Positions 21,191 to 30,165 of a stretch of DNA of 64,000 nucleotides are shown here, in pieces (position 1 is the first letter of the stretch; the number at the start of each line of letters is the position of its first letter). The position numbers and the translations under genes are program-made. The stretch comes from Giardia intestinalis. Its lineage: Eukaryota. Location of the stretch: the NCBI GenBank assembly GCA_000002435.2, contig CM018793.1; one strand, 5' to 3'. A model generated the notes under the pieces. The model searched no databases, was not told where the DNA came from, and worked only from the letters and a program-made list of their open reading frames with translations.

Positions 21191-21801
21191 AAAAACGTTT
21201 ATGGTTTTATAGGATATGGCCCGGTGTGGACGGTTTATTTCATTTTATAGATGTTGAAAATATTACGTCTTGGCCGGTCTATCGCCATGTAGCTCACCAG
21301 ATTGAAGCGCAGATTCGTCAGCGAACGGCATGTTGGTACCTCGCACGCCAAGAGGAGGTTTTTTAAAACGGCGTGCCTACGTGTTACAATTACTCATGCC
21401 CTTGTTCCTCCTGGACTATGCGACTCAAACAGCTACAGATTTTCACCGTGTTGCATGTCCTGGCGCTCCTTCTGATGTCTGGGGCTGTGTCCATAGACCA
21501 CTACTTTGCTCTGGACAGATTCCTCTCAGTCTGCGTGATGAGTAATTATTTGGACAATCACTAAAACTCGATTTGGGGTGGCCCAATCAATTGACTTACT
21601 GGAGTGCTCCGGTTTCCTGCGCAGTAAACTGTGTTGTTCTTTGGGAGACGGCAGAAGGATCTTGCTCTGACGGACATCCTCGTCCAGAGCACGGACGTCG
21701 GGTCCAGCGAGGCGTCCTGCGCCTCCAGACGCATCCGCTACCAGGGGCCTGTTCTGCACGGAGATCTGAGCCCGTCGACTAGGCCCCACAGAACCTAACG
21801 A

Positions 21802-22437
21802 CTATTTACTAGGGAGACTCTTAGACAGGTGACGGGTCTCGTTGTATGAGCGGATGTGGAACGTCGAAGGGTCGTGCATATCCACTTGCGAAATGGAGCA
21901 TGCATCGCCATAGAACATCCAAAACTTCGACAGCGGGGCGGAGGTGATCAAGCACATGAAAAGGTTGAGCACGGCACCATGAGACACAATGCAGATGGTC
22001 TCGTCGGTGCTGCGCTCAAGCTTGTGGACCAGGGCCTCGAGGCGCGCCAGAACGGAGTAGAAGCTTTCTCCATTTGGTATCTCGAGGCGCGCAGGGTCTG
22101 TCTTAAAGAGATGCACGCGCTCGGGCGTCCCAAAGGCCTCGAGGTACGTCTTTCCCTCCCAGTCGCCCCAAGAGATATCACAAACAAGGGGCTCCTCCTC
22201 AAAACGAGCTTGGGGCTGATTGGCTCGAATGGCCTCGGCCGTTTCCTTGGCACGGGGAATTCTACTGTAAAAGATGGCATCAAATTTCACGTCCTTCAAT
22301 GCGGCGCTGGCCTCCTTGGCATGGAGGCGCCCTATTTCGTTCAGTGGATTGGGAACGTGGCCTCTGATGCGGGGCTCGGGGTCCGTGTTGAAATCTGTCT
22401 CTCCATGGCGGACAAGGTAGATGTGCTTGACAGGCAT
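21802..22437 (-). CDS. histidine phosphatase / phosphoglycerate mutase family protein
   Basis: N-terminal LVRHGETDFN (RHG catalytic motif) and downstream HG...SHG pattern. Confidence 0.8.
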   Translation of the reverse strand: MPVKHIYLVRHGETDFNTDPEPRIRGHVPNPLNEIGRLHAKEASAALKDVKFDAIFYSRIPRAKETAEAIRANQPQARFEEEPLVCDISWGDWEGKTYLEAFGTPERVHLFKTDPARLEIPNGESFYSVLARLEALVHKLERSTDETICIVSHGAVLNLFMCLITSAPLSKFWMFYGDACSISQVDMHDPSTFHIRSYNETRHLSKSLPSK

Positions 22438-22456
22438 TTATTTTGGCTGTCTACGG

Positions 22457-24868
22457 CTACGAAATGTTCCGAATTGAGAATTTGCTTATTTTTGCGACGA
22501 ACATACACTCGAGTAGAGCCAACAGAAGCATCAGAAGACGTGACTGTGGGTACAGGCTTAGCCCCACTCCTGTTGCCATAAAGCAAACTGTCGGCAGGAG
22601 GAAGCGCAGACAGACAGCCACGATCTGGCGCGGGGAGACGTATATCCGTGTATATGGAACACAGACGTATCCCGGACTCTTGTCTTCAAAGACTAGGTAT
22701 GTGTTGAGCTCCTTCAATATAGATGCTAAAACTCCTGCTAGAACGATTGTAATTACAACGCCAATCCACCGAAACATGCGTGCTGTATGAAAAAAGTCAA
22801 TGAGCCCTATGTCCAGAAGCAGCAGACAGTTGAATACGCCATGCGCCGTGAAGGCCAGAGAGCACACAGATATGCACGGCTCTCTAGACGAGCAGGTGGA
22901 TATTTCCTTAGAAAGTAAGAAAACCTTACTAGGCTTTTTCCACTTTACCGGCGTCCTTCGTTGCTTCGGTAGTGGAGTTACGTATCCAAGTCTTTGGAGC
23001 TCTGCATATGGCAATCGTGTGAGCATCCCGGACTTTGAATGAGATAAAGTGCTATAGCGGGGCTTTTGTGTGCGCCCCTCCGTTCCACCCAGATCGTCTG
23101 CCCAGCCCACTGCCTTGAAATTTCCTGTGTTACCGGCAGACCTCCTTCGGTGCCTGCAGGCTAACCGCACCCTTTCCGCCCCGGAGCTCCCGACTGAGTT
23201 AGTAGAGTCGTCGCCAATCTCTCTTACCTCACTCCCAGCTTCTAAACAGTGCTTTTTACCAGGCTCGCAGACCGTATCTACTTTAGACAAAAGTACCTGG
23301 TTCGTCTTACATCCGATTACAGTTGGCGTTTGCTCATATTTCGTGAAGCAGGATGCCGCTGCCTCGCTTGGAACCTGCATTGAGGTATATATTCCGGAGC
23401 GAAGTGACAGGTACGAGATCGCAGAAACTATTAGCCTCTCGGTGTAAGTGAGCACAAGCGACCTTGTTTTGCTGAAGGGTAACATCCAGGGGCCCACTGT
23501 TGAGGAAGGGTGCGATACAGATACGTGCGACAGGACAAATTGACTCGGTAAACACTCACAATCGTTGGCAGACACCGTTCTGTCATTGTTCTTGCCAACA
23601 TCCTCCTGAGAAACCAAGGGTCCCGGGCCAAAGGATGCCCCACTACGAGCAGCGCGAGGAAGAGGGGACGGGGCGTGGCTATTAGCATCGCAGTTGTCCT
23701 TCTGTATGTAGCACGAAAGAATGAGCTTGTCAATAGAGTGGTTACTGTAGTTAGTACATGCAGGCTCTGAATAAGAATGGGTGAACTCTCCTGCATCTGG
23801 AAAGGCGCTTGCTTGGGCACACACACAGTAATGGATAAGCTCTTCAGCCTGAGAGGAAGAGGGGCACAAGGCCATAGCGCGCTGCGTGAGGCGCAAGTCC
23901 GAAGGAACACGTAAAAGCTTGCAAACCGGACAGTATCCCGGCCTTTCGTGCAGAGACGTGGTACTATCGTCTACGGCCGAGTTCACCCCAATGGTCTGCA
24001 GCTCCCGGCGGGTTATTTGGCTGATAGCCCTTCCACGGCGTGCGGACAGAAGGGATATACCATCTGCGCAAAGGCTCACCGATTGGCTTTCCGGAGAGGT
24101 TTCGGCCACATCAATGGGATTAGCGCTGAGTATGACGGACCTCAACGAAGAGCACAGTGGAGATATGTGTGGCAGTGAGTGAGTGTTTCTGAGGGCACTC
24201 TCGCAACTGGATGTAAGTGATTGGGTGCTCGCATAATCCTTTTGTCCCAGATGGGACTTCTGATCTGATAGGGAGCTTTTGACGAAGCTCTTTGGATGCA
24301 CTACGCTTTGGTGGAGCGTACTGTTACAGCTCTTGCTACTCTTGGTACTATGGACGCTCAGGTCACTGTGATCACTGTGTTCGAAGATCCCGGACACAGG
24401 AGAATTTAGAAGCGTGTTAACTATGGATTGCGTCGGATTGTTCGCTTTTCCACGGTCTGTCGTATTGGACGTGAAACTAGCACTAGAGTGAGCTTGCCCG
24501 ACTGCAACGTGCTTACCAACAGCCAATGTGTCGTTCTGGATAGAGTCGATCTGACTCTCTGAGGTGCAAGTGGCGGAGGTCTGCTCTGCCGGTTTGCGAG
24601 GTGAGGCAAACAATGCCACCGATTGTGTGCTGGCGTGTGCCTTAGAGCTGAGAGTCGTGTTCACGGCGCTCTTTATGAGGTGGTCACTATCCTTGGGTTC
24701 TACGTCCAGGTTCTCACAACTCCCGTCGTCTACGAGAGCCTTTAGCTGCAGCTCCGTGGAAAGAAGCGCGGACTCGCTGGACTCATGCGACTGAAAGCTA
24801 ATGGGGAACGGCTCTCCCACCTGAATCTCGGAAGGGGCCTCGCGCATGCGATTGTCAAGCAGGATCAT
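22457..24868 (-). CDS. hypothetical protein (803 aa) with C-terminal TM segments
   Basis: Long ORF, ATG at 24866..24868, Ser-rich and low-complexity. Confidence 0.5.
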   Translation of the reverse strand: MILLDNRMREAPSEIQVGEPFPISFQSHESSESALLSTELQLKALVDDGSCENLDVEPKDSDHLIKSAVNTTLSSKAHASTQSVALFASPRKPAEQTSATCTSESQIDSIQNDTLAVGKHVAVGQAHSSASFTSNTTDRGKANNPTQSIVNTLLNSPVSGIFEHSDHSDLSVHSTKSSKSCNSTLHQSVVHPKSFVKSSLSDQKSHLGQKDYASTQSLTSSCESALRNTHSLPHISPLCSSLRSVILSANPIDVAETSPESQSVSLCADGISLLSARRGRAISQITRRELQTIGVNSAVDDSTTSLHERPGYCPVCKLLRVPSDLRLTQRAMALCPSSSQAEELIHYCVCAQASAFPDAGEFTHSYSEPACTNYSNHSIDKLILSCYIQKDNCDANSHAPSPLPRAARSGASFGPGPLVSQEDVGKNNDRTVSANDCECLPSQFVLSHVSVSHPSSTVGPWMLPFSKTRSLVLTYTERLIVSAISYLSLRSGIYTSMQVPSEAAASCFTKYEQTPTVIGCKTNQVLLSKVDTVCEPGKKHCLEAGSEVREIGDDSTNSVGSSGAERVRLACRHRRRSAGNTGNFKAVGWADDLGGTEGRTQKPRYSTLSHSKSGMLTRLPYAELQRLGYVTPLPKQRRTPVKWKKPSKVFLLSKEISTCSSREPCISVCSLAFTAHGVFNCLLLLDIGLIDFFHTARMFRWIGVVITIVLAGVLASILKELNTYLVFEDKSPGYVCVPYTRIYVSPRQIVAVCLRFLLPTVCFMATGVGLSLYPQSRLLMLLLALLECMFVAKISKFSIRNIS

Positions 24869-24980
24869 ATCCGACTCTGCCCGGATGGAAAGCGAATCCA
24901 GTCTCCTGTTCTATCACAAAATAATCGCGTCAAAAATCTTTGCACTGGTGCAATTGAGAATGCTTGTGACGACAATTAGA

Positions 24981-24987
24981 GTTTACT
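24981..24987 (-). promoter_or_regulatory. putative poly(A) signal AGTAAAC (minus strand), 17 nt after the Rab11 stop
   Basis: Plus-strand gtttact = minus AGTAAAC. Confidence 0.45.
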
Positions 24988-25003
24988 TGGCGGGGAATCA
25001 GGC

Positions 25004-25654
25004 TCAGCAACGCTTCTTTTGCTTAGTCTTTGCTGCATTATTAAGACTAACCTGGGAGATGGGGGCTACTCCCACCGGAAGCTGGCGCTGAGCCCCTGCT
25101 ACGGCTGTATTGGCCAGCTCGACGACGGCTAGTTCAGTAACGAGCTGCTTGAATGCATCATCGATACCGTGGCCAGATGAGGCAGACGTCTCAATGTACG
25201 AAAGGCCTTGCTGCTGGGCAAACGCCGTCGCCTCCTCCGTCGTGACCTCGCGCAAGTGCCTGAGATCGACCTTATTACCGACAAGGATGACTTTGCAGGC
25301 CGTGGAGTTTGCCGACGCGTTTCTAAGCTCCGTCAACCACTCTGTGCAGTGTTCAAACGATGTGCGCTTTGTGACATCAAAAACGAGCAAACACCCATGG
25401 GCTCCGCGATAGTAGGAAGACGTGATCGAGCGGTAGCGCTCCTGGCCGGCAGTGTCCCAGCACTGGAGCCTCGTCGAAATCATCTTTCCTTGAACTTCGA
25501 CAGTCAAGGTTTTCGTTGTGAACTCAACCCCAATGGTCGCCGCCGAGCTTGCATTGAACTTGTTGCTGGTGAACCTCGAGAGGATGTTTGATTTACCGAC
25601 TGCAGAGTCCCCAATAAGAATCAGTTTATAAAGATGGTCGTACGCGTCAGTCAT
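25004..25654 (-). CDS. RAB11: Rab11-like small GTPase (217 aa from the ATG at 25654)
   Basis: GDSAVGKSN P-loop, SRFTSNKF and STIGVEF (Rab11-type RabF/SF motifs), WDTAGQERY, GNKVDL, ETSAS. The ORF-track start (25819) is an upstream extension. The ATG at 25652..25654 is followed by aaaaaatcgg. Confidence 0.85.
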   Translation of the reverse strand: MTDAYDHLYKLILIGDSAVGKSNILSRFTSNKFNASSAATIGVEFTTKTLTVEVQGKMISTRLQCWDTAGQERYRSITSSYYRGAHGCLLVFDVTKRTSFEHCTEWLTELRNASANSTACKVILVGNKVDLRHLREVTTEEATAFAQQQGLSYIETSASSGHGIDDAFKQLVTELAVVELANTAVAGAQRQLPVGVAPISQVSLNNAAKTKQKKRC

Positions 25655-25696
25655 CCGATTTTTTGATCGAACTTTATTGACCCATCCTTCATAGAG
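25655..25696. promoter_or_regulatory. 42-nt A/T-rich bidirectional promoter/initiator spacer between Rab11 (-) and LRR gene (+)
   Basis: Divergent ATGs 42 nt apart, A/T-rich as is typical for Giardia core promoters. Confidence 0.4.
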
Positions 25697-28504
25697 ATGC
25701 GCCCGGACACAGGTAATGGCTCTGCACCTACAAACGCGCCATCTGAGCGCTACATCATCAGAAGTCTTAGCGACTTCGAGGGCCTCCTGATGTCCTGGCA
25801 GACACAAGTCGGTCTCCACCTACACCTCCAGCTTTCCTCGGATGCACTCTCCAGAAATGACCTTCATGAGATCGCTAAGCTGCTGAAGAGCAAGTCATGC
25901 TATATCTTCCTGGACTTTTGCGGAACCGCTTTCACAGAGAATGACATTCTGGATGTGGCGACTATGCTGTCGTATAGCTCGGCAGGAGCTGTGGTCTATG
26001 GTCTGGACTTTTCACAGACTAGCGTGTCGACATCCGCGTTGACTGGAATTCTTCCGGTGCTTGACCTTTCCAACTTGTTACACTTGGACCTTTCTTACAC
26101 ACTAGTTAGTGACCGGTTCTTCAGTGAGGTCGTTACAATCATGGAGGAGGCCGATGCTCCTTTTCCTCTGGTGTCGCTTTCTCTCCGCAATTGCTACAGG
26201 CTTGGCGAATCTGATGCTCTTTGTGCGTTTATCGCCAGGACCACACGGATACAAACTCTTGATCTCACTGGTGTTTCCCTGCAGCCACCTACTCTTGTCA
26301 ACCTGACGGACCTTTTGTACGAGCAAGAGTACCTGAGTTATTTATCTTTGTCAAACTTATGCAGGACAGCTACCAGCAATCCCAGCGCTACCAGTAGCTG
26401 GGAGGGCGATATGCGGCAAATTATATACAACATCTTACAACTACCTCAAGTGCAGACTATAGATCTTTCCGGTACACCAATTAAGGACATAGGCCTTTAT
26501 TATATCAGCCAAGTTATAGATAAGCTCCTTGTAGCAAAACACCGCTTTTCATTAGAATTTATCAACCTGGCCTGTACTGGTATGACAGATAAGTGTGTTT
26601 CCTTTCTAAAGCAAATACTCCAATCTATGAAGGAAAGCTCTCTTAGATCAATTAATCTGATAGGGAACCGCTTAACAGTGGCATCCCTAGAAGATTTGCG
26701 AAGAGCATCCACGCTTGCTGGCATTCACCTTCTTTTTGATCCGCCTCTAGCATACTATGGTAGAGGTATATCCTCCAGACTGCTTGAGCGAGACACTCAG
26801 TTTATGGACAAATACTCTATCTTATCGCTGCTACCACACACTTTCTCCGACAAACCGAAACTCACTAAGGAAGAATCCGATAGAATTGGATTTTCGTATG
26901 CATGCAATGACATTGTGGAAGGTGCCTTAAAGGCATACTCTCAGAATTATGAAGATATTGTCCCCTATGTTCTGGATAGTGTCTCTTCATCTGCACATGA
27001 GCTGCCTATTGCTATCGCAGCTAGCCGCCATTCTGTCACAACCCGGTATGTCCCTATGTCCTCAGCAAAGGAAAAAGATTCAGTGCAATTCACCAATACA
27101 TTTCTTAATGCATCAGAAATTGTCTATTCCCAAGACCGCGACACGTCTAATCCTTGTTTAGATTCTATCACATATACCTTCTCCTCCGATGATGAGGTCT
27201 CGGCTGACCTCCTGATAAAAAAGACATCCAGCATAGCTTCCCAGTGTCACAAGAATCCAGATGTTCCGTCGCCGAAGGCTGAGCACGTGTTTCGTTCAGC
27301 CAATGCAGATACAGAACGACCCTTGGCGATGTCTGCCTTGCTCTCTGCGTTCATTCGCACAGATAACTCGGCAATCCCGGTTTCTCCGTTCTTCAAACAG
27401 GAGCCGAAGACACAGCCAGAAATACCTTTGGCTACTGAAACAAATCCAGAAACTATGGCGGTCGATGATGGTGCAAACGTTGACGGGGTTCAATTAGAAG
27501 CTAGTGACATACAACCAGAAGTGGTAAGGTCCGTTCCTATAACGGCTCCTTCGGATCACTCCTTTGCCCTAGCTCCTCCCTTCTCGGCAGGAATGTTTGT
27601 TATTGATGAGTCTGAAATTGTGAGACAGAGGACATCAGAGCAACATACTCCGCCTGAGATGGTATCTCATGGGCATGATTCAGTTTATTCCAAGTGCGAA
27701 GCCTCAGATCATGTAGACCTATCATTAATAAGAGGCAGCGTCAGTAATTCAGATGATGGAGACATGCAGCCATCTGAGATACAGCCCAATATTCAAGAGC
27801 TAGCACCTGGACATCAATGTTCAATCACTTCTGATAGCTGGGGATCAACTCCACCTCAAAAGGTCACCACCCAGGATTCCCCCTTTTCCTCTTTTGAGGA
27901 GGCAGCTCCAAACTCGGACGAGTGGTCAAGTCCGTATCCAGCAGAACCAAACGTGGAACTAAATGAAACATTAGCAGAAGGTGACTTTGTAGAACAGGCC
28001 AAGCATAGCGCATCCGTACCCTGTATACCTATCAGTACGTTGTCCATATCTGAGTCTCGGAGAACAAAGCTCGCGTCGTACATGGCGCAAACGTCTGCTG
28101 ACCCACGCGAGTCTAAGTGCGGGTTTGTTAACAAGTTTAGAGTTTGGTATGCTAGTGAGTATGAGAAGCAAAAATACAATGTGCAAGAGCTTCTTCTTGC
28201 TCTTGACAAAGGCTTATGCGCAGCCCACGATTGTCGCCAGATATGCAATACCGTTGGGCTCACTGCTACAGTCAATATGCATGCCTCCGCTCTCACCGTC
28301 ACGTGGTTTGACAAACTTAAACACAAAACAAAGACTGCGATGCTCTTCAAAGACATACAGACTGCCGAGCTGGTTGGGTCCGGAAAATCAGGAGTTGTCC
28401 ACCTTAAAACGTCTGAAACGGAGATAGTAGTGTCAGTCATGGACAAGGCGGAGCGCAGACTCTTCTTGGAGTTGCTGTTGCTCTTCATGACAAGTCAGAG
28501 CTAG
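25697..28504 (+). CDS. leucine-rich-repeat protein with long acidic/Ser-rich C-terminal region (935 aa)
   Basis: N-terminal 350 aa show LxxLxLxxN/C-type repeats. The rest is low complexity. Confidence 0.55.
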   Translation: MRPDTGNGSAPTNAPSERYIIRSLSDFEGLLMSWQTQVGLHLHLQLSSDALSRNDLHEIAKLLKSKSCYIFLDFCGTAFTENDILDVATMLSYSSAGAVVYGLDFSQTSVSTSALTGILPVLDLSNLLHLDLSYTLVSDRFFSEVVTIMEEADAPFPLVSLSLRNCYRLGESDALCAFIARTTRIQTLDLTGVSLQPPTLVNLTDLLYEQEYLSYLSLSNLCRTATSNPSATSSWEGDMRQIIYNILQLPQVQTIDLSGTPIKDIGLYYISQVIDKLLVAKHRFSLEFINLACTGMTDKCVSFLKQILQSMKESSLRSINLIGNRLTVASLEDLRRASTLAGIHLLFDPPLAYYGRGISSRLLERDTQFMDKYSILSLLPHTFSDKPKLTKEESDRIGFSYACNDIVEGALKAYSQNYEDIVPYVLDSVSSSAHELPIAIAASRHSVTTRYVPMSSAKEKDSVQFTNTFLNASEIVYSQDRDTSNPCLDSITYTFSSDDEVSADLLIKKTSSIASQCHKNPDVPSPKAEHVFRSANADTERPLAMSALLSAFIRTDNSAIPVSPFFKQEPKTQPEIPLATETNPETMAVDDGANVDGVQLEASDIQPEVVRSVPITAPSDHSFALAPPFSAGMFVIDESEIVRQRTSEQHTPPEMVSHGHDSVYSKCEASDHVDLSLIRGSVSNSDDGDMQPSEIQPNIQELAPGHQCSITSDSWGSTPPQKVTTQDSPFSSFEEAAPNSDEWSSPYPAEPNVELNETLAEGDFVEQAKHSASVPCIPISTLSISESRRTKLASYMAQTSADPRESKCGFVNKFRVWYASEYEKQKYNVQELLLALDKGLCAAHDCRQICNTVGLTATVNMHASALTVTWFDKLKHKTKTAMLFKDIQTAELVGSGKSGVVHLKTSETEIVVSVMDKAERRLFLELLLLFMTSQS

Positions 28505-28535
28505 GCGTGTGCTCGGGTGATTTACTGACCGCAAA

Positions 28536-29129
28536 CTAATTCTCAAAAATGTCTCCGCACGGGGTCCAATACGACGTTTGGGGATTCTTTGTCTTGAGGA
28601 CCGGGTTTTGAACGCAGGTCGTCTGATGCACCGAATAGTTTCCTGCTCCAATGTCTTGCTGCATGGAGTTGAAGTTGTACTTGCGGGGCTTCACCTGGGC
28701 GCACATCTCTTGTGTATTCAGCGGTGTGCTACCCAAACTAATCCTTCCCGTCTCGTCCTGCTCTTTGTGGATCCGGTCATACCTCTTTGCAATGCTCTGA
28801 ACTCTCCCTGCAGTTGCCAAAACTGGACCCTCCGGGACTGTTAGGTCTCCCACACCCGCAAACTTCGTTGTGTGAGTCTTGCATTGCGGTCGTAGGTTAA
28901 ACGTTATGTCGAGCTTTTCTGTGCGCTGCTTCACTGGAGCTGGCTGCTCGTAATACTTGGGCGCTGTGTCCTTAAGTGTCCGCGAAAAGTCCTTGTCGTG
29001 CTCATCGGCCGGGCAACCGTGCCTTTGGGTGCGAGTCGTATTTGCATAGCCACTCATTTTGAGAGCTCCAGTGGAGTTGACAAAATCATTTTCGCGTAGG
29101 TTGTCCTCTTCCGTATGGTAGTAGCGCAT
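28536..29129 (-). CDS. hypothetical protein (197 aa)
   Basis: ATG at 29127..29129 with a strongly A/T-rich upstream spacer. Confidence 0.45.
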   Translation of the reverse strand: MRYYHTEEDNLRENDFVNSTGALKMSGYANTTRTQRHGCPADEHDKDFSRTLKDTAPKYYEQPAPVKQRTEKLDITFNLRPQCKTHTTKFAGVGDLTVPEGPVLATAGRVQSIAKRYDRIHKEQDETGRISLGSTPLNTQEMCAQVKPRKYNFNSMQQDIGAGNYSVHQTTCVQNPVLKTKNPQTSYWTPCGDIFEN

Positions 29130-29232
29130 TCCCTCCTCAAAATTCGTGTCCTGCGGGATTTTTTGAATTATAGATATTTAAGGATCAATAATTGGCGCAC
29201 AAGGTACCTTGGATTCCATTCGGCGCTGCCGA

Positions 29233-30027
29233 TCATGGCGGCTCCGTGTTTGTTAAGGGATTCGGCTTACTAAGTGACACTAATCTTGCACTAAACCGAT
29301 CTTCATGGCGCTGCATGCTTGACAAAATCTGTTCGGCGTCAATTGTAAGACATCGGTTCAATGGGCTTTCAAGCTTCTCTCTGGAGTACCGCGCGCCTAT
29401 CTCTGAAAGCCTTGTATAACAAGGGCTAGCACTTCTTGCGGAGTCACCTTCTGTGACAGTTTGAGGCCCTGCAATAGGAAACAGTGGGCGACATGTTGCT
29501 AATCCTTTCTGAACTGGGGCCTTTTCATCAAATAGCGATGCTGTCTTCTTTTGTATCGACCTCTGAAACTGAGTTACTTGTGACCCTGGCTTTGGACGCG
29601 CAGGGATCGTAAAGGACTCACGATCGTCGACCTCAACATCCTGAATCTCCCTGCTCTGCCTTTCAATTGACAAGCGGTATTTGGACCATCCATCTGCACT
29701 CTGTCCGCTGGCCCTTGGCGCCCTTTTTGCCCAGTCCTTAACAATAAGGGATTGATTTCGGATGTTTCTTTTGGTTTCCTCTTGACGCATCAGAAAGGCC
29801 AATCTAGACTCTCTGCGCCTCTCTGCCAAGTGCTGTAAATATTGCGCCTCCTCTGGATCAAGGAAAAGACTAGAGTAAAAGGGACGTACATTCCCATCTA
29901 CTATGCGTTTCATTTCGCGGGACAGTGGCTGCACATGGTCTCCCTGAGTGTAATGAGGCTGCATGGCACCACTGACACCGCTAGATGTCAGATCTGTCGC
30001 CTTAAATTGGAGGTTTTTGTTATACAT
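29233..30027 (-). CDS. hypothetical protein (264 aa from the ATG at 30027)
   Basis: The ORF-track start at 30045 is a GTG. The first ATG is at 30025..30027. The gene lies just outside the left inverted-repeat boundary. Confidence 0.45.
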   Translation of the reverse strand: MYNKNLQFKATDLTSSGVSGAMQPHYTQGDHVQPLSREMKRIVDGNVRPFYSSLFLDPEEAQYLQHLAERRRESRLAFLMRQEETKRNIRNQSLIVKDWAKRAPRASGQSADGWSKYRLSIERQSREIQDVEVDDRESFTIPARPKPGSQVTQFQRSIQKKTASLFDEKAPVQKGLATCRPLFPIAGPQTVTEGDSARSASPCYTRLSEIGARYSREKLESPLNRCLTIDAEQILSSMQRHEDRFSARLVSLSKPNPLTNTEPP

Positions 30028-30165
30028 TTTACATCCTGAGTTCACTCCACTAACCAGTCAATTCCAGTGCTACTCCGCTAAGTTTCCTGTCTATAGGCGC
30101 GCTTCTGAATTCATACAAGCAAGCTCCTTTAATCCCTGACCATACCAGGAGACAGAAATAGGTCA

